From Pseudomonadota bacterium (GTDB lineage Bacteria; Pseudomonadota; Gammaproteobacteria; Burkholderiales; SG8-39), in the NCBI GenBank assembly GCA_021813275.1, contig JAKALD010000001.1, forward strand, positions 1 to 52,534: 52,534 bases of DNA, read 5' to 3'. Positions 8,953 through 17,464 of this stretch are shown here, piece after piece. The first letter of the stretch is position 1, and every line of letters begins with the position of its first letter. The position numbers and the translations under genes are program-made. Below the pieces are notes generated by a model, which did no database searches, was not told the origin of the DNA, and saw only the letters and a program-made list of their open reading frames with translations.

Positions 8953-10380
8953 ATGATCGCGCGCGACACGTTCTACATCGGCGGCAAGTGGGTCGAGCCG
9001 TCGGGCAGGCAAACCATCGACGTGCACAACGCCGGCACCGGCGCGGTGATGGGCCGTGTGCCGGCCGGGAGCGAGAAGGACGCCGACGCGGCGGTCGCCG
9101 CGGCGCGCGCCGCGCTCGAGGGCTGGGCGCGAACACCGGTCGAGCAGCGCGCGGCGGTCCTCGAAAAGATCTCCGCCGGGCTGAAAGCGCGCGCCGACGA
9201 GCTCGCGAAGCTGATCGCCCAGGAGGTCGGCATGCCGATCAAGCTCGCCGGGCGCATCCAGGCGGGCCTGCCGATCGCCAACTTCGCGAACTACGCGAAG
9301 CTCGTGCGCGAGCTCAGCTTCGAGGAGCGCGTCGGCAACTCGCTCGTGGTCCGCGAGCCGGTCGGGGTGGTGGTCGCGATCACGCCGTGGAACTATCCGC
9401 TGCACCAGATCGCGCTCAAGGTCGCGCCGGCGCTCGCCGCCGGCTGCACGGTGGTGCTCAAGCCCTCGGAAGTCGCACCCTTCAACGCGTTCGTGCTCGC
9501 CGAGGTGATCGAGGCCGCCGGCCTGCCGCAGGGCGTCTTCAACCTCGTGACGGGCTACGGCCCCGCGGTCGGCGAGGCGCTGGTGCGCCATCCGGGCGTC
9601 GACATGATCTCGTTCACCGGCTCGACGCGCGCCGGCAAGCGCATCTCGGAGCTCGCCGCGCAGGGCGTGAAGCGCGTTGCGCTCGAGCTCGGCGGCAAGT
9701 CGCCCTCGGTGATCCTCGACGACGCCGATCTCGCCGCGGCCGTGAAGAGCACCGTCAACGCCTGCTACCTCAACTCCGGCCAGACCTGCACCGCGCTCAC
9801 CCGCATGCTCGTTCCGGCGTCGAAGTACGAGGAGGCGAAGAGAATCGCCGCCGAGGTCGCCAACGCCTTCACCCTCGGCGACCCGCTCGCCGAGACCACC
9901 AAGCTCGGCCCGCTCACCTCGGCCGCGCAGCTCGAGCGCGTGCGCGGCTACATCAGAAAGGGCCTCGAGGAAGGCGCCGAGCTGGTGGCGGGCGGCGCCG
10001 AGCCGCCCCAGGACGTTCCGGCGGGCGGCTACTTCGTGAAGCCGACGGTCTTCGGCAGGGTGAAGCCCGGCTCGACGATCGAGCAGGAGGAGATATTCGG
10101 CCCGGTGCTCTCGATCATCACCTACAAGGACGAGGAAGAGGCGATCCGCATCGCGAACGACACGCCCTACGGCCTGGCGGGCGCAGTGTGGGGCAAGGAC
10201 GAGGCGCGCGCACAGCAGATCGCGCGCCGGATCCGCGCCGGGCAGGTGGACGTGAACGGCGGCGCGTTCAACATGAACGCGCCCTTCGGCGGCTTCAAGC
10301 AGTCCGGCCACGGCCGCGAGGCGGGCGTGTACGGGCTCGAGGAGTTCCTCGAGTACAAGAGCCTGCAGCTGAAGGGCTGA
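8953..10380 (+). CDS. NAD(P)-dependent aldehyde dehydrogenase
   Basis: Start chosen at the ATG 6 nt after AAGGAGG; the track ORF starts at 8926. Aldehyde dehydrogenase motifs present: [25 protein letters not shown] and the catalytic Cys region NSGQTCTA. Confidence 0.9.
   Translation: MIARDTFYIGGKWVEPSGRQTIDVHNAGTGAVMGRVPAGSEKDADAAVAAARAALEGWARTPVEQRAAVLEKISAGLKARADELAKLIAQEVGMPIKLAGRIQAGLPIANFANYAKLVRELSFEERVGNSLVVREPVGVVVAITPWNYPLHQIALKVAPALAAGCTVVLKPSEVAPFNAFVLAEVIEAAGLPQGVFNLVTGYGPAVGEALVRHPGVDMISFTGSTRAGKRISELAAQGVKRVALELGGKSPSVILDDADLAAAVKSTVNACYLNSGQTCTALTRMLVPASKYEEAKRIAAEVANAFTLGDPLAETTKLGPLTSAAQLERVRGYIRKGLEEGAELVAGGAEPPQDVPAGGYFVKPTVFGRVKPGSTIEQEEIFGPVLSIITYKDEEEAIRIANDTPYGLAGAVWGKDEARAQQIARRIRAGQVDVNGGAFNMNAPFGGFKQSGHGREAGVYGLEEFLEYKSLQLKG
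10302..10380 (+). repeat. Direct repeat copy 1 (the functional 3' end of the aldehyde dehydrogenase gene)
   Basis: This 79-nt segment recurs at 11214-11292 with about 7 mismatches, counted by eye. Confidence 0.85.
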
Positions 10381-10449
10381 GCCGCGACGATTCCGGCCAC
10401 GGCGCCGCGCGCTCGAGCGATCCGCCTCGAGCGGACGCTCGCGTGCCCG

Positions 10450-10878
10450 CTACAGGACGAGCAGGTGCTTCTTCCGGGCGCCGCGAACCGCGTCGATGGA
10501 AACCGCCGCGTCGAGGGTGACGAACCGCCCTCCGTGCCGCACGGCGAGCGCGAGCAGGTACAGATCGGTGAGTTGGCGCGGCCCGTGAATGCGCGAAGCA
10601 TCGGCTACCTCGTGATCGAGCAGGCTCACGTCGTCGGGCCAGAACTCGTGCAGGCGGCTGGCGCTCGCCTCCGCGAGCCGTTCCACGACCGCCCGCACAG
10701 GCAACGGGTTCGGGTAGCCCGGGTGCGACATGATGCGGACGCAGCCGTTCTGCGTGATCGGACACGACGCCCACCCGGCGCGCGCCTCGCCGCCGAACCA
10801 CTGGATCACGCGCGCGTGCAGCGCATGATCGGCGTCGAGCAGGGCGATCAGGACGTTGACGTCCAGAAGCGCGTGCAT
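10450..10878 (-). CDS. vapC: Type II toxin, PIN-domain ribonuclease VapC
   Basis: 142 aa after trimming to MHALLDVNVLIAL. The acidic PIN residues are in the usual spacing (LDVNV..., ...TLD). The start overlaps the stop of the upstream antitoxin ORF. Confidence 0.85.
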   Translation of the reverse strand: MHALLDVNVLIALLDADHALHARVIQWFGGEARAGWASCPITQNGCVRIMSHPGYPNPLPVRAVVERLAEASASRLHEFWPDDVSLLDHEVADASRIHGPRQLTDLYLLALAVRHGGRFVTLDAAVSIDAVRGARKKHLLVL

Positions 10879-11123
10879 CAGTAGGCGTCTTCTTCGCGCA
10901 GCTTGTCGATCAGCTCGTTGGTAACGATGCCGCCGCGCTTCGGGAACGGCCGCAAGCCGTGGAGCGCTTTCGGCGCCCGCTCGGCGGTGGCTTGCGGCGG
11001 AGCATTGAGCGCGCGGCGGGCAAGCTCGGAAATGACTTCCCCGGCGGTTTTCTTCTCGCGCCGGGCGCGCTCCTTGGCGGCCTGCAACACGTCGGCGGCG
11101 ATGTCCAGGGTCGTTCGCATCAT
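10878..11123 (-). CDS. vapB: Type II antitoxin, VapB-like
   Basis: 81 aa. The N-terminus MMRTTLDIAADVL is typical of VapB-type antitoxins. It is a small, charged protein and is translationally coupled to vapC. Confidence 0.75.
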   Translation of the reverse strand: MMRTTLDIAADVLQAAKERARREKKTAGEVISELARRALNAPPQATAERAPKALHGLRPFPKRGGIVTNELIDKLREEDAY

Positions 11124-11147
11124 CAGATGCTATCGCATCACGCATCA
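11117..11147. promoter_or_regulatory. Candidate vapBC operator (GCATCA repeats with an inverted GATGC)
   Basis: GCATCA occurs at 11117, 11135 and 11142. GATGC (11126-11130) and GCATC (11135-11139) form an inverted repeat with a 4-nt spacer. The sites span and lie immediately upstream of the vapB start codon. Confidence 0.3.
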
Positions 11148-11213
11148 AAAGTCCAAGCGGTGGCCACGGCGCACCGGCGCGCTTGGCGTCGCGCCAGGCA
11201 GGCGGGCGCGCCG

Positions 11214-11292
11214 GTCCGGCCACGGCGGCGAGGCCGGCGTGCACGGGCTCGAGGGGTTCCTCGAGTACAAGAGCGTGCAGCGGAAGGGCTAA
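11214..11292 (+). pseudogene. Orphan remnant of an aldehyde dehydrogenase 3' end (direct repeat copy 2)
   Basis: It translates as ...GHGGEAGVHGLEGFLEYKSVQRKG*, compared with [24 protein letters not shown] at the end of the intact gene. There is no upstream coding body. Confidence 0.8.
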
Positions 11293-11900
11293 CCGAGCCG
11301 GGCCGCGATCCCGTCGATCGAGACCCGCAGCTCGGCATAGCTGCGCGTCACCGCGAACTGCGGGAACTGTTGCGCGATCGCCTGGGGCGGACGGAAGAAG
11401 ATGCCGGCGTCGGCCGCGCCGAGCATGCCGACGTCGTTGTACGAGTCACCCGCGGCGATCACCCTGTAGTTGAGCCCCTGGAAAGCGCGCACCGCGGCGC
11501 GCTTCTGGTCGTCCATCCGCAGGCGGTAGACGCTCACGTAGCCTTCGGCATCGGTGTCCAGCCGGTGGCAGAGCAGCGTCGGCCAGCCGAGCCGACGCAT
11601 GAGCGGGCCGGCGAACTCGTAGAAGGTATCGGACAGGATCACGACCTGGTAGCGCTCGCGCAGGCGCGCGAGGAACTCGGCGGCGCCCTCGAGCGGCGCC
11701 ATGCTCTCGATCACGCGCTGGATGTCGGCGAGCTTCAGGCGATGGCGCGCGAGCAGCTCGAGGCGCGCGCGCATCAGCACGTCGTAGTCGGGCTCGTCGC
11801 GCGTGGTGCGCGCGAGCGCGTCGATGCCGGTGCGCTTCGCCACTTCGATCCAGATCTCGGGCACCAGCACGCCCTCGAGATCGAGGCACACGAGCTCCAT
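11289..11900 (-). CDS. thrH: Phosphoserine phosphatase / homoserine phosphotransferase, ThrH-like (HAD superfamily)
   Basis: 203 aa. It aligns by eye along its whole length with Pseudomonas ThrH as I recall it (MELVCLDLEGVLVPEIWI..., VVILSDTFYEF, IAAGDSYND). Confidence 0.8.
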   Translation of the reverse strand: MELVCLDLEGVLVPEIWIEVAKRTGIDALARTTRDEPDYDVLMRARLELLARHRLKLADIQRVIESMAPLEGAAEFLARLRERYQVVILSDTFYEFAGPLMRRLGWPTLLCHRLDTDAEGYVSVYRLRMDDQKRAAVRAFQGLNYRVIAAGDSYNDVGMLGAADAGIFFRPPQAIAQQFPQFAVTRSYAELRVSIDGIAARLG

Positions 11901-11982
11901 GCGGTCCTTTCCTGCGCGGCCGAAAAAGGGCGCATGGTACCAATTCGGCTAGAATTCCGGCTCCCCTCCGAAGGAGAAGCCC

Positions 11983-12759
11983 ATGAGCGTGAAGAAGCTC
12001 TTCGACCTCGCGGGGCGCGTCGCGATCGTCACCGGCGGCTCGCGCGGACTCGGCCTGCAGATGGCCGAGGCGCTGGGCGAGATGGGCGCGCGGCTCGCCC
12101 TCACCGCGCGCAAGAAGGACGAGCTCGACGAGGCGGTCGCGCACCTGAAGAAGCTCGGCGTCGAGGCCACGGCTTACGTGTGCGACGGTGGCAGGCGCGA
12201 GCAGATCGCCCCGGTCGCCGACGCGATCCTCAAGCACTACGGCAAGGCGGACATCCTCGTGAACAACGCCGGCGCGACCTGGGGCGCGCCCGCGGAGGAC
12301 CATCCGCTCGAGGCCTGGGACAAGCTGGTCAACCTCAACCTGACCGGCACCTTCCTCATGACTCAGCAGGTAGCGAAAAAATCGATGATCCCGAGGAAGT
12401 ACGGACGGATCGTGAACGTCGCCTCGGTCGCCGGCCTCATGGCGAGCGACCCGCGCGTGGTGCGCACCGTGGCCTACAACGCCACCAAGCACGGCGTAGT
12501 GGGCCTCACGCGCCAGTTCGCGGCCGAGTGGGGCGAGCACGGCATCACGGTGAACGCGATCTGCCCGGGGTTCTTCCCCTCGAAGATGACCCGGGGCACG
12601 CTCGACACCGTGGGCAAGCTGGTCGTCGAGGTGACGCCGACGCGGCGCCTGGGCGGCGACGAGGACCTGAAGGGCCTCGCCGTGCTGCTCGCCTCCGACG
12701 CCTCGCGGCACATCACGGGCCAGGCGATCGCGGTGGACGGCGGCGCGATAATTATCTAG
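11983..12759 (+). CDS. SDR family oxidoreductase
   Basis: 258 aa. The cofactor motif TGGSRGLG, the NNAG motif and the catalytic YNATK are present. The ribosome-binding site AAGGAGAAG lies upstream. Confidence 0.85.
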   Translation: MSVKKLFDLAGRVAIVTGGSRGLGLQMAEALGEMGARLALTARKKDELDEAVAHLKKLGVEATAYVCDGGRREQIAPVADAILKHYGKADILVNNAGATWGAPAEDHPLEAWDKLVNLNLTGTFLMTQQVAKKSMIPRKYGRIVNVASVAGLMASDPRVVRTVAYNATKHGVVGLTRQFAAEWGEHGITVNAICPGFFPSKMTRGTLDTVGKLVVEVTPTRRLGGDEDLKGLAVLLASDASRHITGQAIAVDGGAIII

Positions 12760-12761
12760 CG

Positions 12762-13187
12762 ATGAGCGCTACTCAGAAGCACGTCGAGCACGCGCGCGAC
12801 TACCAGAAGAAGATCCCCTTCCTCGCGCACCTCAAGATCGTCACCGAGGCGCTCGGCGAAGGCACGGCGCGCGTGTCGCTGCCGCTCGAGACCCACCTGA
12901 CCAACAGCTTCGGCAGCGCGCACGGCGGGGTCATCATGACGCTGCTCGACGTCGCGCTGTGCACCGCGGCGCGCACCCTGCATCCGGATTCGGTCGGGGT
13001 CGTCACGATCGACCTGAGCGCCTCGTTCATCGGCGCGGGCACGGGAAGGCGGCTGCTCGCCGAGGCGCGCGTGCTGCGCAACGGCCGCTCGACCATCTTC
13101 GTCGAGGGAGAGGCGAGGAACGAGGACGGCGGGCTCGTCGCCAAGGCGATCGGCACGGTGCGCGCGCGCCAGCCGGGCCACGCCTAG
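12762..13187 (+). CDS. PaaI-family (hotdog fold) thioesterase
   Basis: 141 aa after trimming the 742-aa track ORF to MSATQKHV. The motif NSFGSAHGGVIMTLLD is typical of PaaI/YdiI thioesterases. Confidence 0.8.
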   Translation: MSATQKHVEHARDYQKKIPFLAHLKIVTEALGEGTARVSLPLETHLTNSFGSAHGGVIMTLLDVALCTAARTLHPDSVGVVTIDLSASFIGAGTGRRLLAEARVLRNGRSTIFVEGEARNEDGGLVAKAIGTVRARQPGHA

Positions 13188-15328
13188 GCACGCGCCAGAA
13201 CGACGAGCGCGTCAGCCGCAACGACGCCCTCGCCCCGCGGCCGCACGAACAGCGGATTGATGTCCACTTCCGCGATCGCGTCGGCGTGATCGGCGAGCAG
13301 ATGTGAAAGCCGCGAAAGGGTGTCGGCCAGCGCGTCGACATCCGCCTCCCTCTGGCCCCGGTAGCCGTGAAGGATCCGCGCGGCGCGAATTTCACCGATC
13401 ATTGCGTGCGCTGTCGCGGCATCGAAGGGCGCAAAACGCAGACTCAGGTCGCGAAGCGCCTCGGCGAATATGCCACCGAGACCGAACACCACCGCCGGCC
13501 CGAAGTAGGGATCGTTCAGGCCCCCGGCAATGATCTCGAGACCGCTTGCCATCTCCTGCAGGAGCACACCCTCGACCCGCGCCTCGGGACGAGCGCGCGC
13601 CGCGGCTTCGCGCATCTGCGTCACGGCTCGCTTGAGCTCGTCGAGATCACGCAGGCCCACGCGCACCGCCCCGACTTCGGTCTTGTGCAGCAGGTCCGGC
13701 GACGACAGTTTTGCGACGAGGGGAAAGGCGAACGGCGCATGTTGCAGCCGGCCGACCTCGGCCCAGTCCAGCAGCACTTCGCGCGTAACCGGAATGCCGT
13801 AGGCCCGGAGCACTTCCTTCGACTGGTGCTCGGAGAGGGTCTTGCAATCCGCAGGAAATCGCAGGGCATGTCGGGCGATGTCGTATGCGCGCTCGGCCGG
13901 CGGCGTCCGCCTGGCGAGCTTCGAGGCGAACTGCCAAAGCGCCGCGGCGCCGAACGCGGCGCGGCCCGGAGTCGGATAGCAAGGAATGTGTGCGGCCTCG
14001 AGCACCTCGAATGCTTGCAGGGCGCGCTCGCGCGCCGCGCTTGAGACCATCAGGACGGGCTTGGACGAGCGCTTGGCGAGCCCGGCCAGCTCGAGCGCGA
14101 GTCGCTCGGCTTCGGGGCCTTGCATCGAGGCGCTCACCACGATGAGCTGCGCGACCGCAGGATCGTTAAGAACCGCCTCGCACACCCGGCCGAACATCGG
14201 GAAATCATTGAAGACCTGGGCGGTCACGTCCGCCGGGTTCGCCGCAGAGGCGAACTCGGGAAGGAGCTCCGCGAGCCGGCGCTGGGTGGCTTCGCCAAGC
14301 GGCGGCAAGGTCAGGCCGTATTCCTCGCAGCGATCCGCAAGCAGCACGCCGGCGCCGCCGGAGACCGACACTACGCCGACGCCCGCGCCAGCAGGCAAGC
14401 GTCGCGCGCGAAATGCCCGCACCGCGTCGACCAGATCGTCCACGTCGCGCACCTCAATGAAGCCGCCCTCGCGGAAGGCCGCCTTGTACAGCTCGTAGGG
14501 CGCGGTCAGATTGGCCGTGTGCGAGGCGGCGGCGCGCCGCCCAAGCTGCGAGTTGCCGACCTTCCAGACAAGCACCGGCTTGCCCGACCCCAGGGCGCGC
14601 TGCCCGAGCCGGCGCAGCGCACGCCCGTCGCGCACGCCCTCCAGGTAAACCGCGAGCGTCTCGACATCGTCCTGATCGATCAGGTGCTCGAGCAATGAAA
14701 CGGCGTCGACGTCGGTCTCGTTGCCGGTGGAGACCACATAGCTGAAGCCGATGCCGCTCGCCTCGGCGAGGCTCATGACTGCATAACCGAATCCGCCGCT
14801 TTGCGTGACGAGGGCCGTCTTGCCGCGCTGCACGTGCGCATACTGGAATGGGGCTCCGAACCCGCAATACACCGCGTGCGCGGGGCTCATCAGGCCCTGG
14901 CAGTTCGGGCCGACGACGCGCACACCGCTGTCGCGGATCGCGGACTCGAGCTCGTCCTGCAGCGCGCGGCCCTTCTCGCCGACCTCCTTGAATCCGGCGC
15001 TCAGCACGATTGCGAACGGTATCCCGGCGCGGCCGCAGTCGCGCAGCACCTGGGGAACGAGCCTGGCACCGACGGCGACGAGCGCCACGTCGCACGGTTG
15101 CGGAACCGACGCCGCATCGGGGTAGCACGGCAGCCCGCGGATCTCCCGATGGCGCGGATTGACCGGGTAGATGCGCCCGGCATAGCCGAACTCGGTGAGG
15201 GCGCGGATCGGCTGGCCGCCGATGCGCGCCGCGTCCGCCGAGGCACCCACGACCGCGATGCCCCGGGGCCCGAGCAGCCGCCCGAAATCGGCACGGCCGC
15301 GCCCGGTTGCGCGCGCCTCGGCGCTCAT
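13184..15328 (-). CDS. ADP-forming (NDP-forming) acyl-CoA synthetase family protein (CoA-binding, CoA-ligase and ATP-grasp domains)
   Basis: 714 aa after trimming to MSAEARAT. The N-terminal part, IAVVGAS...IYPVNP...VVGPNCQG, is the CoA-binding/ligase part. The C-terminal half looks like an ATP-grasp domain (SEHQSKEVLRAYGIP...VAKL...HKTEVGAV). Its start shares the tetranucleotide ATGA with the upstream stop. Confidence 0.85.
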   Translation of the reverse strand: MSAEARATGRGRADFGRLLGPRGIAVVGASADAARIGGQPIRALTEFGYAGRIYPVNPRHREIRGLPCYPDAASVPQPCDVALVAVGARLVPQVLRDCGRAGIPFAIVLSAGFKEVGEKGRALQDELESAIRDSGVRVVGPNCQGLMSPAHAVYCGFGAPFQYAHVQRGKTALVTQSGGFGYAVMSLAEASGIGFSYVVSTGNETDVDAVSLLEHLIDQDDVETLAVYLEGVRDGRALRRLGQRALGSGKPVLVWKVGNSQLGRRAAASHTANLTAPYELYKAAFREGGFIEVRDVDDLVDAVRAFRARRLPAGAGVGVVSVSGGAGVLLADRCEEYGLTLPPLGEATQRRLAELLPEFASAANPADVTAQVFNDFPMFGRVCEAVLNDPAVAQLIVVSASMQGPEAERLALELAGLAKRSSKPVLMVSSAARERALQAFEVLEAAHIPCYPTPGRAAFGAAALWQFASKLARRTPPAERAYDIARHALRFPADCKTLSEHQSKEVLRAYGIPVTREVLLDWAEVGRLQHAPFAFPLVAKLSSPDLLHKTEVGAVRVGLRDLDELKRAVTQMREAAARARPEARVEGVLLQEMASGLEIIAGGLNDPYFGPAVVFGLGGIFAEALRDLSLRFAPFDAATAHAMIGEIRAARILHGYRGQREADVDALADTLSRLSHLLADHADAIAEVDINPLFVRPRGEGVVAADALVVLARA

Positions 15329-16905
15329 GGTGCCCCGTCCCGCACGAGCTCGAGCTTCAGGTCGCCCTTCGAGATGTAGATGCGGCCCACCTTGGGCCGG
15401 CGCGTCAGCTCCTGCACCAGGTGCACGATCGGATTGCGCGCCGCAAGCGGCAAGCTGGCCGGTACCTGCGCGATCATTTCGTCGACCTGCGGGCCTGCGA
15501 ACATGAATCGCAGCAGCCGCTCGTCGTCGCCGGCGTTCGGGTACTTGCGCCGCAGCTCGGCAACCCCCGGCGGCGGCAGCGAAGGCTCGAGCGCGATGCG
15601 CTTGGAGCCGTTCTCCACGATCCGGTCGAGCACCTGGGGTTCGACGGGCGCGAGCAGCTTTCCGTAGTAGCCGAGCGCGTATTTCTTGACCTCGTCGGGG
15701 ACGATTTCGTAGCGCTGCCCGCGGACCACGTTGAGCACCGCTTGCGTGCCGACCAGCTGGGCGAAGGGCGTGATCATGATCGGCCAGCCCAGCTCGCGCC
15801 GCACTCGCGCGCACTCCTCGAGCAGCTCGTCGAACTTGTGCAGAATGCCGGCGTGCTCGAGCTGCGAGCGGAAATTGCTCAGCATGCCTCCCGGGATTTG
15901 ATGCTCGTAGTGGAACGGGTCGTACTCGAGCGGCGCACCGAGCGGCTTGCCCTCGCGCTCGGCGATCCTCCGGAAATGCTCGCCCACCTCGTCGATCAGG
16001 GCGTCGTCCACGGCGATGCGGTAGCCGCGGTGGCGCAGGGCGCGCGCCATGGACTGCGTCGCCGGCTGCGCGGCGCCGTTGGCGAGCGGCGCGATCGAGC
16101 TGTGGATCTCGTCCACGCCGAGATCCGCGCCTTCCAGGTACACGAGAGGCGCGAGCCCGGTCAGGCAATGGCTGTGCAGCTCGAGCGGCGTGTCGCCGGC
16201 CACCGCGCGCAGCGCCGGAACGAGCGTCCGGATGCGCTCCGGGGTGAGCAGCCCGCCTGCGTCCTTGATCATGATCGCGTCGACCCGGCCACGCTCGATG
16301 AGATCCTGCGCCGTCTTCACGTAGAGCTCGTCGGTGTGCACCGGGCTGAGCGAATAGGCGAGCGCGCCGAAAACGCGCACTCCGAGGCGCTTGGCGACCC
16401 GGATGCTCGCAAGCATGTTGTCGACGTCGTTCAGGCCGTCGAAGGCGCCCACGACGCGAAATCCGTTCGCCACCAGTCGCTCGACCCACAGCTCGATGAT
16501 GTCGTCGGGCACGAGGTCGAAGCTCATGATGTTGCGGCTGCGGATCAGCGCGCGCAACGGCGTCTGCTGGCAGCGCTCGCGCATGAGGCGCACCCGCAGC
16601 CAGGGATCCTCCCTCAGGTAGCGCACGCACACGTCGAACTGGATCGCGCCGGCGAGATCGATCTGCGCGAAGCCGCAGCGATCCATGCGCTCGGCCACCG
16701 GCAGCATGTGCGCCGTGGTCATGCGCGTCGCCCACAGGCACTGGTGCGCGTCGCGCAGCGTGGTATCGATGATCCGGATCTCGCGGCCCTTGCGATCCCG
16801 CTCCTGCACGGGGCGCTCCCGGTGCGCGGGCGCGGCGCGCTTCACGGGGCGAGATCGCGCCGCGGCGTCAGCGCGCGGGGTCGATGAGGACAAGCGGCTG
16901 CCCAT
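15325..16905 (-). CDS. Biotin-dependent carboxyltransferase subunit (oxaloacetate decarboxylase alpha / pyruvate carboxylase B / transcarboxylase 5S type) lacking a biotinyl domain
   Basis: 526 aa. It has an HMGL-like barrel (IIDTTLRDAHQ, ...KDAGGLL, LELHSHCLTGLA) and a PYC_OADA-like middle region. There is no AMKM/EVMK motif at the C-terminus. The start is uncertain: ATG at 16905 overlaps the BCCP gene, and GTG at 16845 is the alternative. Confidence 0.85.
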   Translation of the reverse strand: MGSRLSSSTPRADAAARSRPVKRAAPAHRERPVQERDRKGREIRIIDTTLRDAHQCLWATRMTTAHMLPVAERMDRCGFAQIDLAGAIQFDVCVRYLREDPWLRVRLMRERCQQTPLRALIRSRNIMSFDLVPDDIIELWVERLVANGFRVVGAFDGLNDVDNMLASIRVAKRLGVRVFGALAYSLSPVHTDELYVKTAQDLIERGRVDAIMIKDAGGLLTPERIRTLVPALRAVAGDTPLELHSHCLTGLAPLVYLEGADLGVDEIHSSIAPLANGAAQPATQSMARALRHRGYRIAVDDALIDEVGEHFRRIAEREGKPLGAPLEYDPFHYEHQIPGGMLSNFRSQLEHAGILHKFDELLEECARVRRELGWPIMITPFAQLVGTQAVLNVVRGQRYEIVPDEVKKYALGYYGKLLAPVEPQVLDRIVENGSKRIALEPSLPPPGVAELRRKYPNAGDDERLLRFMFAGPQVDEMIAQVPASLPLAARNPIVHLVQELTRRPKVGRIYISKGDLKLELVRDGAP

Positions 16906-17395
16906 ACTCCACGAGCTCCCCGTCGGCGGCGAGAACGTCGAGCACCGTTCCCTTCGTTCCCGCCTTGACCGAATTGAACAGCTTCATCACCTCGACCAGG
17001 CACACGGGGTCCTCGGGCCCGACCTGGTCGCCGATTTCCACGAAAGGCGGCGCGCCCGGGGAGGCAGCCCGGTAGAAGGTTCCGAGCATCGGCGCGCGCA
17101 CGGCCGCGCAGCCTTCCGGAACGCGCACTTCTGACCGCGCGGCGAGCACCGGCCCGAACTCGGGCGCCTGCGCAGGATCGGCCGGCGCGGGGACTGCCGA
17201 AATGTCGGCGATGCGCGGCTCTGCCGGCACGCTCCATCCGCCCGAGGAGCGCCGCAGGTGGATCTTGAGGTCCGCGAACTCCACGCGCAGCTCGTCGAAC
17301 TGCCACTCATCGACGAGCTTCAGGATCCTAGCGACGTCGTCCTCGGTCAGCGCCACCGCACGTTCCCCCCGCCGCCTTGCTTGAGCGAAACCCAC
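16868..17395 (-). CDS. Biotin carboxyl carrier protein (BCCP)
   Basis: 175 aa. The C-terminal biotinyl domain carries the motif CLVEVMKLFNSV and is preceded by a Pro/Ala-rich linker. The start is uncertain: GTG at 17395 or GTG at 17356. Confidence 0.8.
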   Translation of the reverse strand: MGFAQARRRGERAVALTEDDVARILKLVDEWQFDELRVEFADLKIHLRRSSGGWSVPAEPRIADISAVPAPADPAQAPEFGPVLAARSEVRVPEGCAAVRAPMLGTFYRAASPGAPPFVEIGDQVGPEDPVCLVEVMKLFNSVKAGTKGTVLDVLAADGELVEYGQPLVLIDPAR

Positions 17396-17464
17396 CTGGG
17401 CCCCGGACCTCCCCTGCGGAAAGCGCCTTTTGCAGCCCAGTGAGGATCGGCCGGCGGCCCCTCC

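Noticed and set aside
10903-11292. A 129-aa plus-strand ORF ending with an aldehyde dehydrogenase-like C-terminus.
   Set aside because: Only the last roughly 26 codons resemble aldehyde dehydrogenase. The rest is antisense to vapB and has no coding character. It is treated as an orphan gene fragment, not a gene.
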